The notes under the pieces are model-generated. The model had not been told where the DNA came from, did no database searches, and saw nothing but the letters and a program-made list of their open reading frames with translations. Positions 61,190 through 64,000 of a DNA stretch of 64,000 nt are shown here, in pieces (position 1 is the first letter of the stretch; every line of letters starts with the position of its first letter). The DNA is from an uncultured Chlamydiae bacterium. Lineage in GTDB: Bacteria; Chlamydiota; Chlamydiia; Chlamydiales; SM23-39. The position numbers and the translations under genes were made by a program. Location of the stretch: the NCBI GenBank assembly GCA_963730605.1, contig CAVSSM010000002.1, positions 320,001 through 384,000 on the forward strand. The letters run 5' to 3'.

Positions 61190-61304
61190 TCTGGCGGCTA
61201 CCTACTCTCCCATACTCTTGCGTATAGTACCATCGGCGACGAGAGGCTTAACTGCTGAGTTCGGGATGGGATCAGGTGTTTCCCTCTCTCTATGGCCGCC
61301 AGAA
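61190..61304 (-). rRNA. rrf: 5S ribosomal RNA
   Basis: Reverse complement contains ACACCTGATCCCATCCCGAAC, GCCGATGGTAC, GGGAGAGTAGG; ends pair (CTGGCGGC/GCCGCCAG). Confidence 0.96.
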
Positions 61305-61362
61305 AAGGCTTGCGGCTGGCTTCGACCTTCGTTCTACTTTAATAGTCTCGCTCAACCTTACA

Positions 61363-61522
61363 TACTGCGCCCACTCAGTTTGAGTGAATTTTGTTGAGCA
61401 CCTTTTGCGCCCCAGCTCATTACTCGATCTTGCTAACATACTAAAGTTTGCAGCGATCTCCGCAACGCTACTAGAACGCAAAATTCGCTCTCAAAATTCA
61501 CACAACCTAAGCGGGCACGGTA
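61363..61522. mobile_element. MITE, 160 bp, in the 23S-5S spacer
   Basis: 31-bp imperfect TIR TACTGCGCCCACTCAGTTTGAGTGAATTTTG / CAAAATTCACACAACCTAAGCGGGCACGGTA; TA on the right flank. Confidence 0.8.
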
Positions 61523-61582
61523 TACTTGAATTACAGGCATTCATTCACTTGAATCGGCTCTTGAAGAAAGCTTGAAAAAATG

Positions 61583-64000
<2,418 letters not shown>

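Overview
This is a 64 kb chromosomal segment of an environmental chlamydia (phylum Chlamydiota). The assignment is inferred from the plastid-type PlsB, the Ptr insulinase, the chlamydia-type tyrP/pcnB/lpxB/amn-efp gene set and the rRNA sequence. The right two-thirds is mostly housekeeping: mutS, uvrC, rpsN-rpmJ, rpmH-rnpA, uvrD, alsT, dsbAB, tyrP, pcnB, lpxB, yceD-rpmF-plsX, rne, plsB, ptr, an ABC-2 transporter, 5S rRNA and a partial 23S rRNA. The left third is accessory. It holds Pro/Thr-stalked membrane-anchored repeat proteins (one inactivated by IS630), toxin-antitoxin modules, a histidine-decarboxylase/MFS operon, and a ~10 kb island inside a broken dacB. That island carries a triple caspase-fold protein next to a membrane-anchored serpin, an NRPS fragment and nested IS remnants. 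The most striking unannotated signal is a layered system of tiny mobile palindromes. A 36-bp hairpin module (CCCACCCC-AAARACG-ATG-CGTYTTY-GGGG-ACCCCGG) is stop-free in all six frames and occurs 7 times: six copies in variable positions inside TA-flanked MITEs (two of the three share ends with the resident IS630), and one copy inserted in frame inside plsX. At least three further MITE families occur, including one in the 23S-5S spacer and one that splits an MNT-HEPN toxin-antitoxin pair.
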